Shown here piece after piece: positions 45,218 to 54,953 of a stretch of 64,000 bases of DNA; within the stretch, counting starts at the first letter, position 1; every line of letters starts with the position of its first letter. The position numbers and the translations under genes are program-made. The DNA is from a virus, in IMG/VR virus record IMGVR_UViG_3300033076_001343, positions 8,271 through 72,270 of that record. One strand, 5' to 3'. The notes beneath the pieces are model-generated. The model was given only the letters and a program-made list of their open reading frames with translations, ran no database searches and had not been told where the DNA came from.

Positions 45218-45877
45218 TTATAATAATCCGTGTAAAAAAGAGATTTTTTCTTCTTTTGTCAATTCTTGATGGGTAAATGAGAACGGGTCATAATCACAGA
45301 GGTAAAAATGTTTTTTTAAGTTATGGTATACCTTTTTTGCTGTAGAAAAATCATACATAGACCTATAATCATATAAATCCTCATAAATTATACGTTTTTT
45401 ATCTATAATAGGGTCTATAAAGTCAATTTTATCTAAATCATCATAAAAATGTTCAATTCTAACAAAGTAATCAGGTATTTTATCATCAAATACCCATTTT
45501 TTAAAGTATTTCATGTTATTTGACTCATTTTCTAAAAAATCAACAGGATTTACGACCAATTTCCCTGATTTTAACGATTTTTCCACAAATTTGTTGAATT
45601 TTTCCCTTAAATCAGGTATAAATTTCTTTTTTACGACCTTATTTGGTGATACAAACCCTAAAAATAGGTCAAAAACCCTATAATATGGGTTGGATATCGT
45701 ACAAATTACCTTATAATCGGGAAATTGGGTTGATTCCGTCACACAGTGGTCATAATTTGTGATATTTTCACTATTTTCGACTGAAAACCCGTAGTTTTTA
45801 AGGATTTCATACATTTTATCCTCACCACTTGATTCAAGTGCCCACCAAATTACCTTATGTTCATGAGAAATGTTCAT
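45218..45877 (-). CDS. sulfotransferase-like protein (tentative)
   Basis: HKVIWWALESSG (PAPS 5'-PSB-like loop) and ISNPYYRVFDLF (resembles RNPxDRxxSxY). Confidence 0.35.
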   Translation of the reverse strand: MNISHEHKVIWWALESSGEDKMYEILKNYGFSVENSENITNYDHCVTESTQFPDYKVICTISNPYYRVFDLFLGFVSPNKVVKKKFIPDLREKFNKFVEKSLKSGKLVVNPVDFLENESNNMKYFKKWVFDDKIPDYFVRIEHFYDDLDKIDFIDPIIDKKRIIYEDLYDYRSMYDFSTAKKVYHNLKKHFYLCDYDPFSFTHQELTKEEKISFLHGLL

Positions 45878-45892
45878 TTTTCAATATTAAAT

Positions 45893-45921
45893 AAAAAAAC
45901 CCCTAATTTGGGGTCTTTTTT
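45893..45921 (-). terminator. intrinsic terminator
   Basis: A7-CCCC-TAATTT-GGGG-TCTTTTT. Confidence 0.5.
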
Positions 45922-46117
45922 AGAATAATTTTTGACTATCGTTGTAGAGTTTTTTCATTGACGCTTCAATTATGTTGATTTGTCTTTGGTCTTCATCTGT
46001 GACCTCAAAATTTTTGGCCTTAATTTGACGAACTTGTTCTTGCATTCGTTGATATCGGGTAATCATATCATCGTATAGTCTTGCCTTTTCTTGTTGTGTT
46101 AAATGTTGTGCTCCCAT
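45920..46117 (-). CDS. hypothetical protein
   Basis: 65-aa ORF. Confidence 0.4.
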   Translation of the reverse strand: MGAQHLTQQEKARLYDDMITRYQRMQEQVRQIKAKNFEVTDEDQRQINIIEASMKKLYNDSQKLF

Positions 46118-46147
46118 GTTGTGTTTTTTTATAAGGATAGTCTATAA

Positions 46148-46354
46148 TTATTTTTTATCAATAGGATTTGTTTTTTTATGTTCCTTCCATTCCAACCAAA
46201 AGGCTAAAGCAACTACAATATTCATTCCAGCGGACATTATTATCTCATGAATATCTTTGTATACATTCATAGTTAAATGAATATGACCAACCACCCAAAA
46301 CGGTATTGCCATATTGGAGCCTATCCATCGTATTGAGTATAATAAGAATGACAT
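46148..46354 (-). CDS. small two-TM membrane protein (holin-like candidate)
   Basis: 68 aa; two hydrophobic segments; charged C-terminus; immediately downstream of the transglycosylase. Confidence 0.4.
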   Translation of the reverse strand: MSFLLYSIRWIGSNMAIPFWVVGHIHLTMNVYKDIHEIIMSAGMNIVVALAFWLEWKEHKKTNPIDKK

Positions 46355-46355
46355 A

Positions 46356-47015
46356 TTATACCATTCCTGTTTGTTTGTAGTATTGCTTTAAATCTCCAAC
46401 AGTTAACGGAGATTCAATTGGCTTACCTAATTTTTTGTTGAATCCTGGATTTGCTTTAGCTACTGTTTTTGCTGAAAGGCCTTTAGCTTGTAAAACAAAA
46501 TCATCAGGTTTTCCCGCCGCAACAGGGAAGAAATTATAAATGTATAAATCTGCAGGGTTTTTTATTTTCCCTCGTTCATAACCACTTACCCAAAAGTCTT
46601 TGATTGCATCCATTTGAACCCCCAAATCATTTCTCAGTTCCTCTAACGTATATGTTTTACCATTTACAGTTTTAGTTCGACCACCTCCAGGACAAAACTG
46701 AATTAAACCAACACACCCAATACTATTTTTAATTTTTGGGTCCAATCCTGATTCGTGTTTCATTAGTTTAATTATTGAACTTTCAGGTATATTAATCGCA
46801 TTTGAAATCTCTTTCAATTTCTTTTTGAAAATAGGATTATTTAAAAGTTCTTGACCTTTTGCGGATATATTTGTTAATTCACTACTTTCGGTATTGCCTC
46901 CTGTTGAAGAAGTTTTGGTTGAAGTACTAATTGACTTTCCACCTGTAACCATTTTTATCAAATCAGATAAAAGACCTTTTAATTCTTGTTCTGTAAGTCT
47001 TACTACTCTTCCCAT
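46356..47015 (-). CDS. lytic transglycosylase (SLT-like) carrying an MGRVVRLTEQELKGLLSDLIKMV leader
   Basis: HESGLDP...GCVGLIQF matches the SLT catalytic E-S and GLMQ motifs; N-terminus belongs to the RLTESDL leader family. Confidence 0.65.
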   Translation of the reverse strand: MGRVVRLTEQELKGLLSDLIKMVTGGKSISTSTKTSSTGGNTESSELTNISAKGQELLNNPIFKKKLKEISNAINIPESSIIKLMKHESGLDPKIKNSIGCVGLIQFCPGGGRTKTVNGKTYTLEELRNDLGVQMDAIKDFWVSGYERGKIKNPADLYIYNFFPVAAGKPDDFVLQAKGLSAKTVAKANPGFNKKLGKPIESPLTVGDLKQYYKQTGMV

Positions 47016-47037
47016 ATTAAATAAATACCATAATAAA

Positions 47038-47066
47038 CAAAAAACCCCACCTGTGAGATGGGGTTT
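47038..47066 (-). terminator. member of conserved CCCCACC...GATGGGG terminator family
   Basis: AAAAACCCCACCTGTGAGATGGGGTTT; in minus sense, hairpin then T5. Confidence 0.6.
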
Positions 47067-47070
47067 GATG

Positions 47071-47520
47071 TTAAATCATTTCGATTGAGTTGATTTTGTC
47101 TCCTTGTTGGATTTGGTCTACAAGGTCAAGACCCTCAACCACTCTACCAAAACATGTATGGTTTCCATCCAAGTGTTGTGTGTTTTGTCGGTTATGACAG
47201 ATGAAGAACTGAGAACCACCTGTGTTACGACCTGCGTGTGCCATAGAAAGAACACCTTTGTCGTGGAATTGTTTTGGTGCGGTAACTTCACATTGAATTG
47301 TGTAACCTGGTCCACCATTACCCATTCCGTTTGGACATCCACCTTGAGCAACAAATCCTGGAATTACTCTGTGGAAATTAAGTCCGTCATAGAACTTTTT
47401 ATTAATCAAACTTTTGAAGTTCTCAACCGTGATTGGTGTTTCGTTGTCATACAACTCGGCAATCATATCACCCTTACTTGTAGAAATTTTTACTTTGCTC
47501 ATATAATTTGTTTTTGACAA
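47071..47520 (-). CDS. cyclophilin-type peptidyl-prolyl cis-trans isomerase
   Basis: FHRVIPGFVAQGG...HAGRNTGGSQFFI...GRVVEG, classic cyclophilin signature. Confidence 0.9.
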   Translation of the reverse strand: MSKTNYMSKVKISTSKGDMIAELYDNETPITVENFKSLINKKFYDGLNFHRVIPGFVAQGGCPNGMGNGGPGYTIQCEVTAPKQFHDKGVLSMAHAGRNTGGSQFFICHNRQNTQHLDGNHTCFGRVVEGLDLVDQIQQGDKINSIEMI

Positions 47521-47536
47521 TTATAGACAATTAAAA

Positions 47537-48388
47537 TTAGTGAATCAACACCTTCTTACGACTTCCATCATCATAAAGATAAATCAAGGTTTCTTCTTTC
47601 CTCATATGAGTGACCGGCTTACCCAACATATCGTAAACCCCAATTAGTTTTGGTTCAGGACGAGTTAGTACAACCATATTTGTTGTTGTTCTCTTACAAA
47701 CGTCTAATCGTCTGAACATAAACGTATCTTGTCTCAAACATTTATTCCACCACTGAGCAATCATCAATACACGGCCACTATCTTTAAAAGTATAATCAAC
47801 AACTCTAGTTGTAGTATAACCCAAAAAGTCATCATCAGGGAAATCATACTCCATACCAATTTGGTAATCAGTTAAGTTATCCCATTCTTTTTGAGACATA
47901 GTATCCATCCAAGGGCCCTTGTAGAACATTAGGTAGTATTCCATACAAGTATCTTTTAATGGGTAACCTTTAATATAACTCATTTCAAAGATATACTGTT
48001 TACAGTTTTGAGACATTGAATGATATCCAACACCAGCACCAGGGAACTGAATTATGTCGATTGGTCGTACCATTCCTGTGTCGCACTTTTCACATTTGTT
48101 CCATACTTTAACATAAAGTCTGTATCTACCCTTTTTGTTAAATTGTACTTCAACAATACCTCTAAAAGAATTTACAGTATCAATTTTCTTAGTTTGGTCA
48201 TCATAAACCATAAACATGTAATCAACACAAGTATCATCCAATACTTGACCACTTAAATACCACTTGTAATAATTACGTTCATTCCATTGTTGGAGTTTCA
48301 ATGTGCTCCAATCACATTTTGCATTTGCCGTTGCCAAGGAGACCAAAAGCATTAACAGCGATAATATACGTTTCATTTTCGAATACAA
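47537..48388 (-). CDS. secreted Cys-rich protein with internal duplication
   Basis: Signal peptide; two ~110-aa repeats (DDTCVDYMFMVYD.../KDTCMEYYLMFYK...). Confidence 0.5.
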   Translation of the reverse strand: MYSKMKRILSLLMLLVSLATANAKCDWSTLKLQQWNERNYYKWYLSGQVLDDTCVDYMFMVYDDQTKKIDTVNSFRGIVEVQFNKKGRYRLYVKVWNKCEKCDTGMVRPIDIIQFPGAGVGYHSMSQNCKQYIFEMSYIKGYPLKDTCMEYYLMFYKGPWMDTMSQKEWDNLTDYQIGMEYDFPDDDFLGYTTTRVVDYTFKDSGRVLMIAQWWNKCLRQDTFMFRRLDVCKRTTTNMVVLTRPEPKLIGVYDMLGKPVTHMRKEETLIYLYDDGSRKKVLIH

Positions 48389-48435
48389 ATATAGACAACA
48401 GGATTCGAAAAATGTGTCTTTGTAATGTCAAAAAA

Positions 48436-48765
48436 TTAGAATGGGAGCCACTCGTAAATTAAATCACCTTCAAGATTGTGTACGGTGAAAAAGATATTTC
48501 TAAAATTAATACTCAAATATTTGGATAAATCCACAATATATTTGTCTACCATCCAATGTGGGTCAAAATCTGAATCAAACATATTATCCTTAGTCATTAG
48601 CGAATCATTAACTACTATATCGAGAGTCATTACATAATATGGATTACCGTTCTTTGAAGATAACGACATATTGCTAATATCGATATGGTCGACCATCGGA
48701 TATATATTTTTAATAGCGTCCGAATTAATTAATTTACCTAATGCACTACGTATTGAACTTTCCAT
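48436..48765 (-). CDS. hypothetical protein
   Basis: 109-aa ORF. Confidence 0.45.
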   Translation of the reverse strand: MESSIRSALGKLINSDAIKNIYPMVDHIDISNMSLSSKNGNPYYVMTLDIVVNDSLMTKDNMFDSDFDPHWMVDKYIVDLSKYLSINFRNIFFTVHNLEGDLIYEWLPF

Positions 48766-49016
48766 TAGTACCTCCCTTGTAAATACACATAAACCACTTC
48801 AGGAATTTTGGTACAAGTATGTGGATTACCACTACCATCAACACAATCAATGTGGGGTAGCTCTTTAATGAATTTTTTTAGTTCTCTTGGTCCTTGTTTT
48901 AATCTAAAGACAACATAATTACGACTATAAAGTTTTTCAGGATTGTAATCCTCAGTCAATATTTTTTTGATAAGTGAGACCATATCCGATTCGGTTAACC
49001 TTATAGTTTTTTTCAT
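48765..49016 (-). CDS. leader-family A protein (MKKTIRLTESDMVSLIKKILTE)
   Basis: N-terminal 22 aa conserved with six paralogs. Confidence 0.5.
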   Translation of the reverse strand: MKKTIRLTESDMVSLIKKILTEDYNPEKLYSRNYVVFRLKQGPRELKKFIKELPHIDCVDGSGNPHTCTKIPEVVYVYLQGRY

Positions 49017-49087
49017 AATAGAACTTAATCTATTATAAATACCAAATTAATGGTGTTTATGTTGATAAATTGAGGATAAATACCAAA

Positions 49088-49294
49088 TCAATATGATTTA
49101 ATTGTTATGTATTCAGATTTATCAATCTTTTTGGTAATCTCCTCGGGAGTTTCGGTCACTCTAATAGCCGAATGGTCTGAAAATGAGAATTTAACATATG
49201 ACCCATCCTCAACTTTTTCAATATATAAAATATATGACGAGTTAACCATAACCTCATCACCGTCTCTGTTTGTTAGTTTAATAAAATTTCTCAT
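49088..49294 (-). CDS. hypothetical protein
   Basis: 68-aa ORF. Confidence 0.4.
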   Translation of the reverse strand: MRNFIKLTNRDGDEVMVNSSYILYIEKVEDGSYVKFSFSDHSAIRVTETPEEITKKIDKSEYITIKSY

Positions 49295-49295
49295 A

Positions 49296-49763
49296 TCAAT
49301 TTACAATTAAATTCTCAATAATCACAAAACCAATTAATCCTTCAATATAATTTGTAATTTCTTCTTCAGTACAATCCACAATTCGTTTCATATTAACTTC
49401 ACCATGAGTTGACAAATCAGGAATTACCTTTAAATCTTCAAGAACTCTGAGATTTTTAAGCTCAATTGCATATTTGTCCATTGTATCATCAAGAACAACA
49501 TTAAGTCCCATTAAAGTTTTTCTATGATTATCATAATAATCAGGATGTAGTAACCCTTCCAATGCGGGATACATTGTTATGGTGTCAGCACCACCTCTCA
49601 TAGAATTCCTATTAATTTGAGATGAAATTTGTGTAATTTTTTCTAAAAGAGTTTTATTCCAATTTAATTGGACTCCAACATCAGGGGCCGTAGTTTCTTG
49701 CCAACCCATAAAATTCCAAATAACAATATTATTCTCCATTTTTTTTATTTTTTTCTTCTTCAA
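49296..49763 (-). CDS. hypothetical protein
   Basis: 155-aa ORF. Confidence 0.45.
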   Translation of the reverse strand: MKKKKIKKMENNIVIWNFMGWQETTAPDVGVQLNWNKTLLEKITQISSQINRNSMRGGADTITMYPALEGLLHPDYYDNHRKTLMGLNVVLDDTMDKYAIELKNLRVLEDLKVIPDLSTHGEVNMKRIVDCTEEEITNYIEGLIGFVIIENLIVN

Positions 49764-49962
49764 AAAAAAGTATAATCTCTTTCTTATAGTGAATAATTAA
49801 AGGGTGAACAATAAAATACCCAATTAAGCCAAAAAATAATGAAAAAATACTAAACTCTAATGATAGATATGCAACAACCAATAATACCCCAATTGTAACT
49901 ATTAACGATGCCAACACACTCAATCCAAAATCCTTCAATTTATCCATAATATACTTTTTCAT
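49729..49962 (-). CDS. small membrane protein
   Basis: 77 aa with two TM segments. Confidence 0.35.
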   Translation of the reverse strand: MKKYIMDKLKDFGLSVLASLIVTIGVLLVVAYLSLEFSIFSLFFGLIGYFIVHPLIIHYKKEIILFFEEEKNKKNGE

Positions 49963-49986
49963 AATAATAAAAAAATTAATTGAAAT

Positions 49987-50014
49987 AAAAAACCCCTTAG
50001 TTAAGGGGTTCTTT
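49987..50014 (-). terminator. intrinsic terminator
   Basis: AAAAAACCCCTTAGTTAAGGGGTTCTTT. Confidence 0.5.
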
Positions 50015-50135
50015 CATTTTCTGTATAAGTTCATTAACTTTTTCGATTCTTTTAAGGTTTTTAACCAAATTTCCTCGATTTCTTTTTTTCTTACCTTCTT
50101 TTCTCGCCTTCGCCATAGAACTAATTTAAAACTAT

Positions 50136-50717
50136 TTATTTTTTTCCAACTAATTGGGATGGTTGTCCAGGTCTTTGAACTGTACCTGTAGGTAATGTTG
50201 GTAATGTTTGTATCGGTTCTTGAGCAGGTGATGATTGTTGTTGTGTAGACCCTAACGCTTTTTCAATCGCATTTAAAGTCGTATTTCCTAATACCCCATC
50301 GACACCATCTTTTTTAGGTCCTGAAGTACCCAAATTTATACCTTTACCCTTCAACAAATTTTGGATGTTCATAACCGTTGTTTTATTAAGATTTGGTTGT
50401 GTCGATACTTGTTTTTGGGGTGATGGGGTTTCTTTAGTTGGTGTTGTTGTCGTATTTGTTACTTTAGTTTCTTTAGGATTTGGTTTTTTACCACTACCTT
50501 TAGGACATTCCCAACCTGAGTTCTTATATCCCTCAACATCTGGAGACGACACACCACTTTCAGAATTGTAATTTGACCATCCACACGCCTTAGCTCTTGA
50601 CTGTAATTGTGCAACGTCTTCACTTATCACATTTAAATAATGTGATTTAGTTCTATTCTCATGTAAATTAAGAATTCTTTCTCTCTCTTCTTTTAATATT
50701 TCAAATATCTTACTCAT
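50136..50717 (-). CDS. hypothetical protein with Thr/Pro-rich linker and PG-binding-like C-terminal motif
   Basis: DGVDGVLGNTTLNAIEKALG resembles peptidoglycan-binding repeats; TATTTATTTATAAAA upstream. Confidence 0.45.
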   Translation of the reverse strand: MSKIFEILKEERERILNLHENRTKSHYLNVISEDVAQLQSRAKACGWSNYNSESGVSSPDVEGYKNSGWECPKGSGKKPNPKETKVTNTTTTPTKETPSPQKQVSTQPNLNKTTVMNIQNLLKGKGINLGTSGPKKDGVDGVLGNTTLNAIEKALGSTQQQSSPAQEPIQTLPTLPTGTVQRPGQPSQLVGKK

Positions 50718-50863
50718 ACAATTATTTTATAAATAAATACAACGAATTTGCAATTATAAAACTAACCAGTATTGTACCAGTGATATACAATATTTTATAT
50801 GTCAACTCAACTTGGTCTTTTCTTCGACCTTGATTTTCATTACAATCCCACTCTTCCATAATT

Positions 50864-51712
50864 TTAGTTTTTTCGTACTCTTAATCTATCTGTGTTATAA
50901 CCTTGCTCTCTCAAGTATTCTTCAATTATATTAACGACTGCATGTTCATTAGACCAGCTAGTCCATCTTTTAAATATTAAAATTATATCAGCAACTAACT
51001 GATTAGAACTAAAAGATATTTTAACCGAATGCAAATAGTTTGAAACTCCTGTTAGTTGTTTTATTTCTTTTTTGAAAACTTTATTGAAATATCCTTTAAC
51101 CCATTCTTCAGTACCTATAAATCTAGGGTCACCAACATTCAACTGTATCTTACCGTGGGCTGGACTACCTTGTTCTAATCCAAGATAATTGTTAACAAAA
51201 TGTCTAAATTCTCTTGGGAATGCCTTAACATGATTAAGATTACCGTCATATTTCATTGTAGGTACAAAATCGGCTTCTAAATAAGCATAAACATTAAATG
51301 GACTCCTCTCTTCAATTTTAAAAGTTATGAAATCAGGTAAATCATAACTTTCAACAAAATGGTTAATAGCCTTTGCAAATCTTTCACTAAATTTAAAACC
51401 TTTACCCATGTTTGGTAATTCTTTAATTCTTTTTTCAACCAAAGACCTACCTACTCTAACTAATTTATCTAAAGCATTACCATAACCAAAACGAGTTTCC
51501 AACTTATAATCCTTATCAAAATCTTCAAGATATTTTTTTACCAAATAAGACATTGGGTATTTACCAACCTCGTCACCATGAGTTTTTTTTATCCAAGGTC
51601 TAAAATTTTCAACAAACACCTCTATAAAATCCTCATTTGAATACCCTGATAAATCTAATGGTTCCAAATCCTCTGAATCTTCCTTCAAATATATTTTATA
51701 ATTTTCACTCAT
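50864..51712 (-). CDS. hypothetical protein
   Basis: 282-aa ORF; GGTATTTATAGATAC immediately upstream. Confidence 0.5.
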   Translation of the reverse strand: MSENYKIYLKEDSEDLEPLDLSGYSNEDFIEVFVENFRPWIKKTHGDEVGKYPMSYLVKKYLEDFDKDYKLETRFGYGNALDKLVRVGRSLVEKRIKELPNMGKGFKFSERFAKAINHFVESYDLPDFITFKIEERSPFNVYAYLEADFVPTMKYDGNLNHVKAFPREFRHFVNNYLGLEQGSPAHGKIQLNVGDPRFIGTEEWVKGYFNKVFKKEIKQLTGVSNYLHSVKISFSSNQLVADIILIFKRWTSWSNEHAVVNIIEEYLREQGYNTDRLRVRKN

Positions 51713-51770
51713 GTATCTATAAATACCATAAAAATAAAAAAACCTCGAATAAAAATCCGAGGCTCAAAAT

Positions 51771-51816
51771 GAGGAAGGGCCCAGCGTGCCGTCTTTCAGG
51801 AAGGGCCCAGCATGCC
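51771..51816. repeat. tandem direct repeat AGGAAGGGCCCAGC(G/A)TGCC x2
   Basis: Two 19-nt copies 6 nt apart, each containing the palindrome GGGCCC; intergenic (the + ORF 51637-51897 over it is judged spurious). Confidence 0.55.
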
Positions 51817-52004
51817 TCTATTTTAGTATTTTTTAAATCTGTGGTAAAAGTATGTTACAGTAACAACCCAACCCCAAAATATTGCTGGTGCCAATAACAC
51901 CCCTAATAAAATTTTCATCACAAAAACATTTCTAAAAGACCTAAGAATCCAATACCCGCCAAGAAGTATATTAGATTGTTAAGCCATTGCGGATAATTCT
52001 CCAT

Positions 52005-52226
52005 TTATTTTACAATTTTACAATTATTAACTAATACATCATGAAAAAAGTTTTCACCTTTTACTCTGAAATAACTACCATTAAAATTAGACCACTCCGT
52101 ATCAACATCATACTGTTCACCAACTTTAAATTCTTTTTTTAGTTTGTCTAACCCTGGCCTTGGGTAATTCATAATTTCATGTAAGTAGTGTTCGCAAGTA
52201 CAATCTTTGGTAATCTCTATTTTCAT
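52005..52226 (-). CDS. hypothetical protein
   Basis: 73-aa ORF. Confidence 0.4.
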   Translation of the reverse strand: MKIEITKDCTCEHYLHEIMNYPRPGLDKLKKEFKVGEQYDVDTEWSNFNGSYFRVKGENFFHDVLVNNCKIVK

Positions 52227-52265
52227 AATAAACTAATAATAAGAATAATAAATCATTAATTCAAT

Positions 52266-52297
52266 AAAAAACCCCACTTATTAGGTGGGGTTTTTTA
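52266..52297. terminator. family terminator (bidirectional A/T runs)
   Basis: AAAAAACCCCACTTATTAGGTGGGGTTTTTT. Confidence 0.6.
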
Positions 52298-52310
52298 TAT
52301 TATAGTTTTT

Positions 52311-52667
52311 TTATTCAGGCCAACTATTTCCGTAATATTTTTGTTTAGGTCCTTTATACCTCACTTTGGTAGAACAACCTTTTTTCTTAACCTTATATTT
52401 TCCACCGTGGTTTAGACCAACTTTTTTAGCCTCTTCAGCACTAATGTCGTCAAAACATTTCATGTCTTCAGATGCAATTTTAGTTGAGTCCACAACAACT
52501 CCTGAGTCATCATCACCTTCATCTTCGTTAACTAATGGTTTTGCATCTCCAAGTTTGGCATTTAATAATCTTGAGAAACTTTCGGTCATAACATTCATTC
52601 CCCCTGTATGTTGCTCACGGATACTATTTTTCTCCTGTTCTGATAAATCATTTAAAATATGTTTCAT
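52311..52667 (-). CDS. hypothetical basic protein
   Basis: 118-aa ORF; AGTATTTATAATAAAACAA directly upstream of the ATG. Confidence 0.45.
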   Translation of the reverse strand: MKHILNDLSEQEKNSIREQHTGGMNVMTESFSRLLNAKLGDAKPLVNEDEGDDDSGVVVDSTKIASEDMKCFDDISAEEAKKVGLNHGGKYKVKKKGCSTKVRYKGPKQKYYGNSWPE

Positions 52668-52671
52668 AATT

Positions 52672-52690
52672 TGTTTTATTATAAATACTA
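52672..52690 (-). promoter_or_regulatory. candidate phage-specific promoter motif AGTATTTATAATAAAACAA (sense) upstream of ATG
   Basis: One of more than 20 instances of (G)TATTTATA(A/T) located 5-25 nt upstream of minus-strand gene starts. Confidence 0.45.
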
Positions 52691-52691
52691 G

Positions 52692-53720
52692 TTAATGTTC
52701 AAATGTGTTACGTGTTTTGTAATCAAATACAACCATTAATCCACCTGAGGACTTTCTTATGAGATATTTAAGGTCATATATTAAATCTTCGTATCCATAT
52801 CCTGTACGAGCGGATGAAATATTGAATGTAATTTTAATATATAAACCAGGAGTTGTCTCATACATATTACCATCCATGTCAGTTCTTGAACCTGAAATCA
52901 TATTAATTTCGTCTACGGTAATACTATCAACATTATCAATTACATCACAAGAACTGAAACTAATATCATTTGGGAATGATTCATGACTTATGTCATTACA
53001 ACCTTTTTTAATGTAATCCAATTTTTCATTAATCAGTTCTTGGAATACTTCTTTTCTATCTGATTTTTGTTCTTGTAACGTCTCTTGGTCATCAAGGTCT
53101 AAATCTTGATTGGGTGAAGTTTTTGGGGGTAATGGTGGGTCCAACACAAATTTATCATTAACCCAATTTCTTAATTCATTTTCAACAAAATATTCAGGAA
53201 CCTCTTCGTCGTCAGGTTTTTCATCTGCCAAATCTGCAATGTAACGAGCAAATTTAACTTTATACTTATCATCCATCATGGTCATTAAACCATCGGAAAT
53301 GAAAAATATTTTTGATAATGGGTCTTCTAAATCAAGGTCACCTTCAGCAAGTTTAAACGCTCTTAATATGGATTTACCCCAAAATGTTTTATAACTTTCA
53401 GTTTCGGTAAGTCCTGGCTTTAATATCTTATTAACTGCTCTTGCAGCTCCTGCAACAATACCTGGAATCATTAGTTGTGGTAAAAAGAACGGGATTAATC
53501 TGATTGTTGCTTTGAAACCTCCTTCACCCATGTGTTTATACAAACGAGTTTTGGCTGCGGCTTTAACTAATTCTTTTAACTGACCAAAAGTAATCTTACC
53601 CTGAGCACTACAAAACTTTTTACTATCACAAATATTTTTAACCGCAGTTTTTGATGGCTCGACATCAAGTCCATCTTCCATGATTGTTTTATATTGTGAT
53701 TCTGTTATAACGTATTTCAT
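52692..53720 (-). CDS. leader-family B protein (MKYVITESQYKTIMEDG)
   Basis: 342-aa ORF; the N-terminal heptapeptide motif is shared with six other genes. Confidence 0.55.
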   Translation of the reverse strand: MKYVITESQYKTIMEDGLDVEPSKTAVKNICDSKKFCSAQGKITFGQLKELVKAAAKTRLYKHMGEGGFKATIRLIPFFLPQLMIPGIVAGAARAVNKILKPGLTETESYKTFWGKSILRAFKLAEGDLDLEDPLSKIFFISDGLMTMMDDKYKVKFARYIADLADEKPDDEEVPEYFVENELRNWVNDKFVLDPPLPPKTSPNQDLDLDDQETLQEQKSDRKEVFQELINEKLDYIKKGCNDISHESFPNDISFSSCDVIDNVDSITVDEINMISGSRTDMDGNMYETTPGLYIKITFNISSARTGYGYEDLIYDLKYLIRKSSGGLMVVFDYKTRNTFEH

Positions 53721-53721
53721 A

Positions 53722-53982
53722 TTAGAAATTTCTTATCTCGTCTCCGTCTTCGTAACTGTTATATTCTTCTTCGCTAATTTTGACAGGTTTAAGTCCAAGT
53801 TCAAAAATCCCTTCGATAAAATAAACTTCATTTCGAGAACCCTTTTCAGTTGCCCCAACACCTACGGTATCACCATCCTCATCAATAATCTTAAAATAGT
53901 TAAATACGGTTTTGGACTCATTCACTACCTTATTTACTAATTTAACTAAATCAGACTCCGTAAGTCTTATTATTTTCTTCAT
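53722..53982 (-). CDS. leader-family A protein (MKKIIRLTESDLVKLVNKVVNE)
   Basis: 86-aa ORF; TCATATTTATTTAAT upstream. Confidence 0.5.
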   Translation of the reverse strand: MKKIIRLTESDLVKLVNKVVNESKTVFNYFKIIDEDGDTVGVGATEKGSRNEVYFIEGIFELGLKPVKISEEEYNSYEDGDEIRNF

Positions 53983-54005
53983 ATTAAATAAATATGAAGA
54001 ACAAC

Positions 54006-54033
54006 AAAAAACCCCACCTGTTAGATGGGGTTT
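54006..54033 (-). terminator. family terminator
   Basis: AAAAAACCCCACCTGTTAGATGGGGTTT. Confidence 0.6.
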
Positions 54034-54288
54034 CAGATATATTTAGGAGAGAATCTCTTTACCCAAAATTAATGGGGATGCGGTCTCATTCTTTTTGACC
54101 GTGAAGTGACTCTCGTGTTCATGGATAATCAATGTATCCTCTTTCTTAAACATCAAGAAATACTTTTTTCTTACGTACTCCTCTACCTTCTCATAAATTG
54201 CTTGTGTCATGTCGTATATGTTTTTAATTGTTTAGACAAATTTACACAAATTATTTATTTACGACAAACAAAATGATGGTTTTTTTTT

Positions 54289-54501
54289 TTAGTTATGTGA
54301 AAAAACTTTAATTGATTTTTCATCTATGTATACTTCATCGATATCCCAAATACCATGACGACACCAAATACAGTATTTTGTCTTACGACCTTTGGTAATT
54401 GTAACATCTTTATCTTTTTCAAGAATAAAAATATTATCGGGATGTGAATAATCATCAGAAAGAAGTAATCTTCTGGCCAGTTTTGCCTTTGCAGCCCACA
54501 T
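54289..54501 (-). CDS. hypothetical protein
   Basis: 70-aa ORF. Confidence 0.35.
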   Translation of the reverse strand: MWAAKAKLARRLLLSDDYSHPDNIFILEKDKDVTITKGRKTKYCIWCRHGIWDIDEVYIDEKSIKVFSHN

Positions 54502-54668
54502 ATTATTCCACCATTTTATTTAATGCCATGTCTAACGCATGGTCTTCATCAAATTCTTCAACCAATGAAAATTCCCCATGCTTCCATTTTTTCCAAATCT
54601 CAAAATCTTTGAGTTGTTCCAACAATTCTTTATTGACTAAAATATGAGTCTCGTTTGTGTTTTCCATG

Positions 54669-54938
54669 TCAAAAATTAATTTTATATACTCGTTTATACT
54701 CGTCCAAAGACTTTTTTAAGTTTTTAATACAAGTTTTGTAATCAATTTCACCACCCAAACCAAATCTTTCATTTTCTTGTTCTAATTCGAACAAGTCCTT
54801 AATGGAATTATTTATTTCCGATAAGATTTCTTGGTAAAACATTTCTTTTTTATGAGAGTCTTGAAGTTTTGCCCTTAATTCAAATATCTCACCCTCCAAT
54901 CTTTGGATTTCAGTTTCGTTGTGCTCTTCTTCAATCAT
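54669..54938 (-). CDS. hypothetical coiled-coil protein
   Basis: 89-aa ORF. Confidence 0.4.
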   Translation of the reverse strand: MIEEEHNETEIQRLEGEIFELRAKLQDSHKKEMFYQEILSEINNSIKDLFELEQENERFGLGGEIDYKTCIKNLKKSLDEYKRVYKINF

Positions 54939-54953
54939 AGTCTAAAGGTATTA

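Noticed and set aside
51637-51897. 86-aa plus ORF across the GGGCCC repeat
   Set aside because: Opposite to all neighbours, spans a repeat/terminator region, and has GC-rich codons atypical for this genome.
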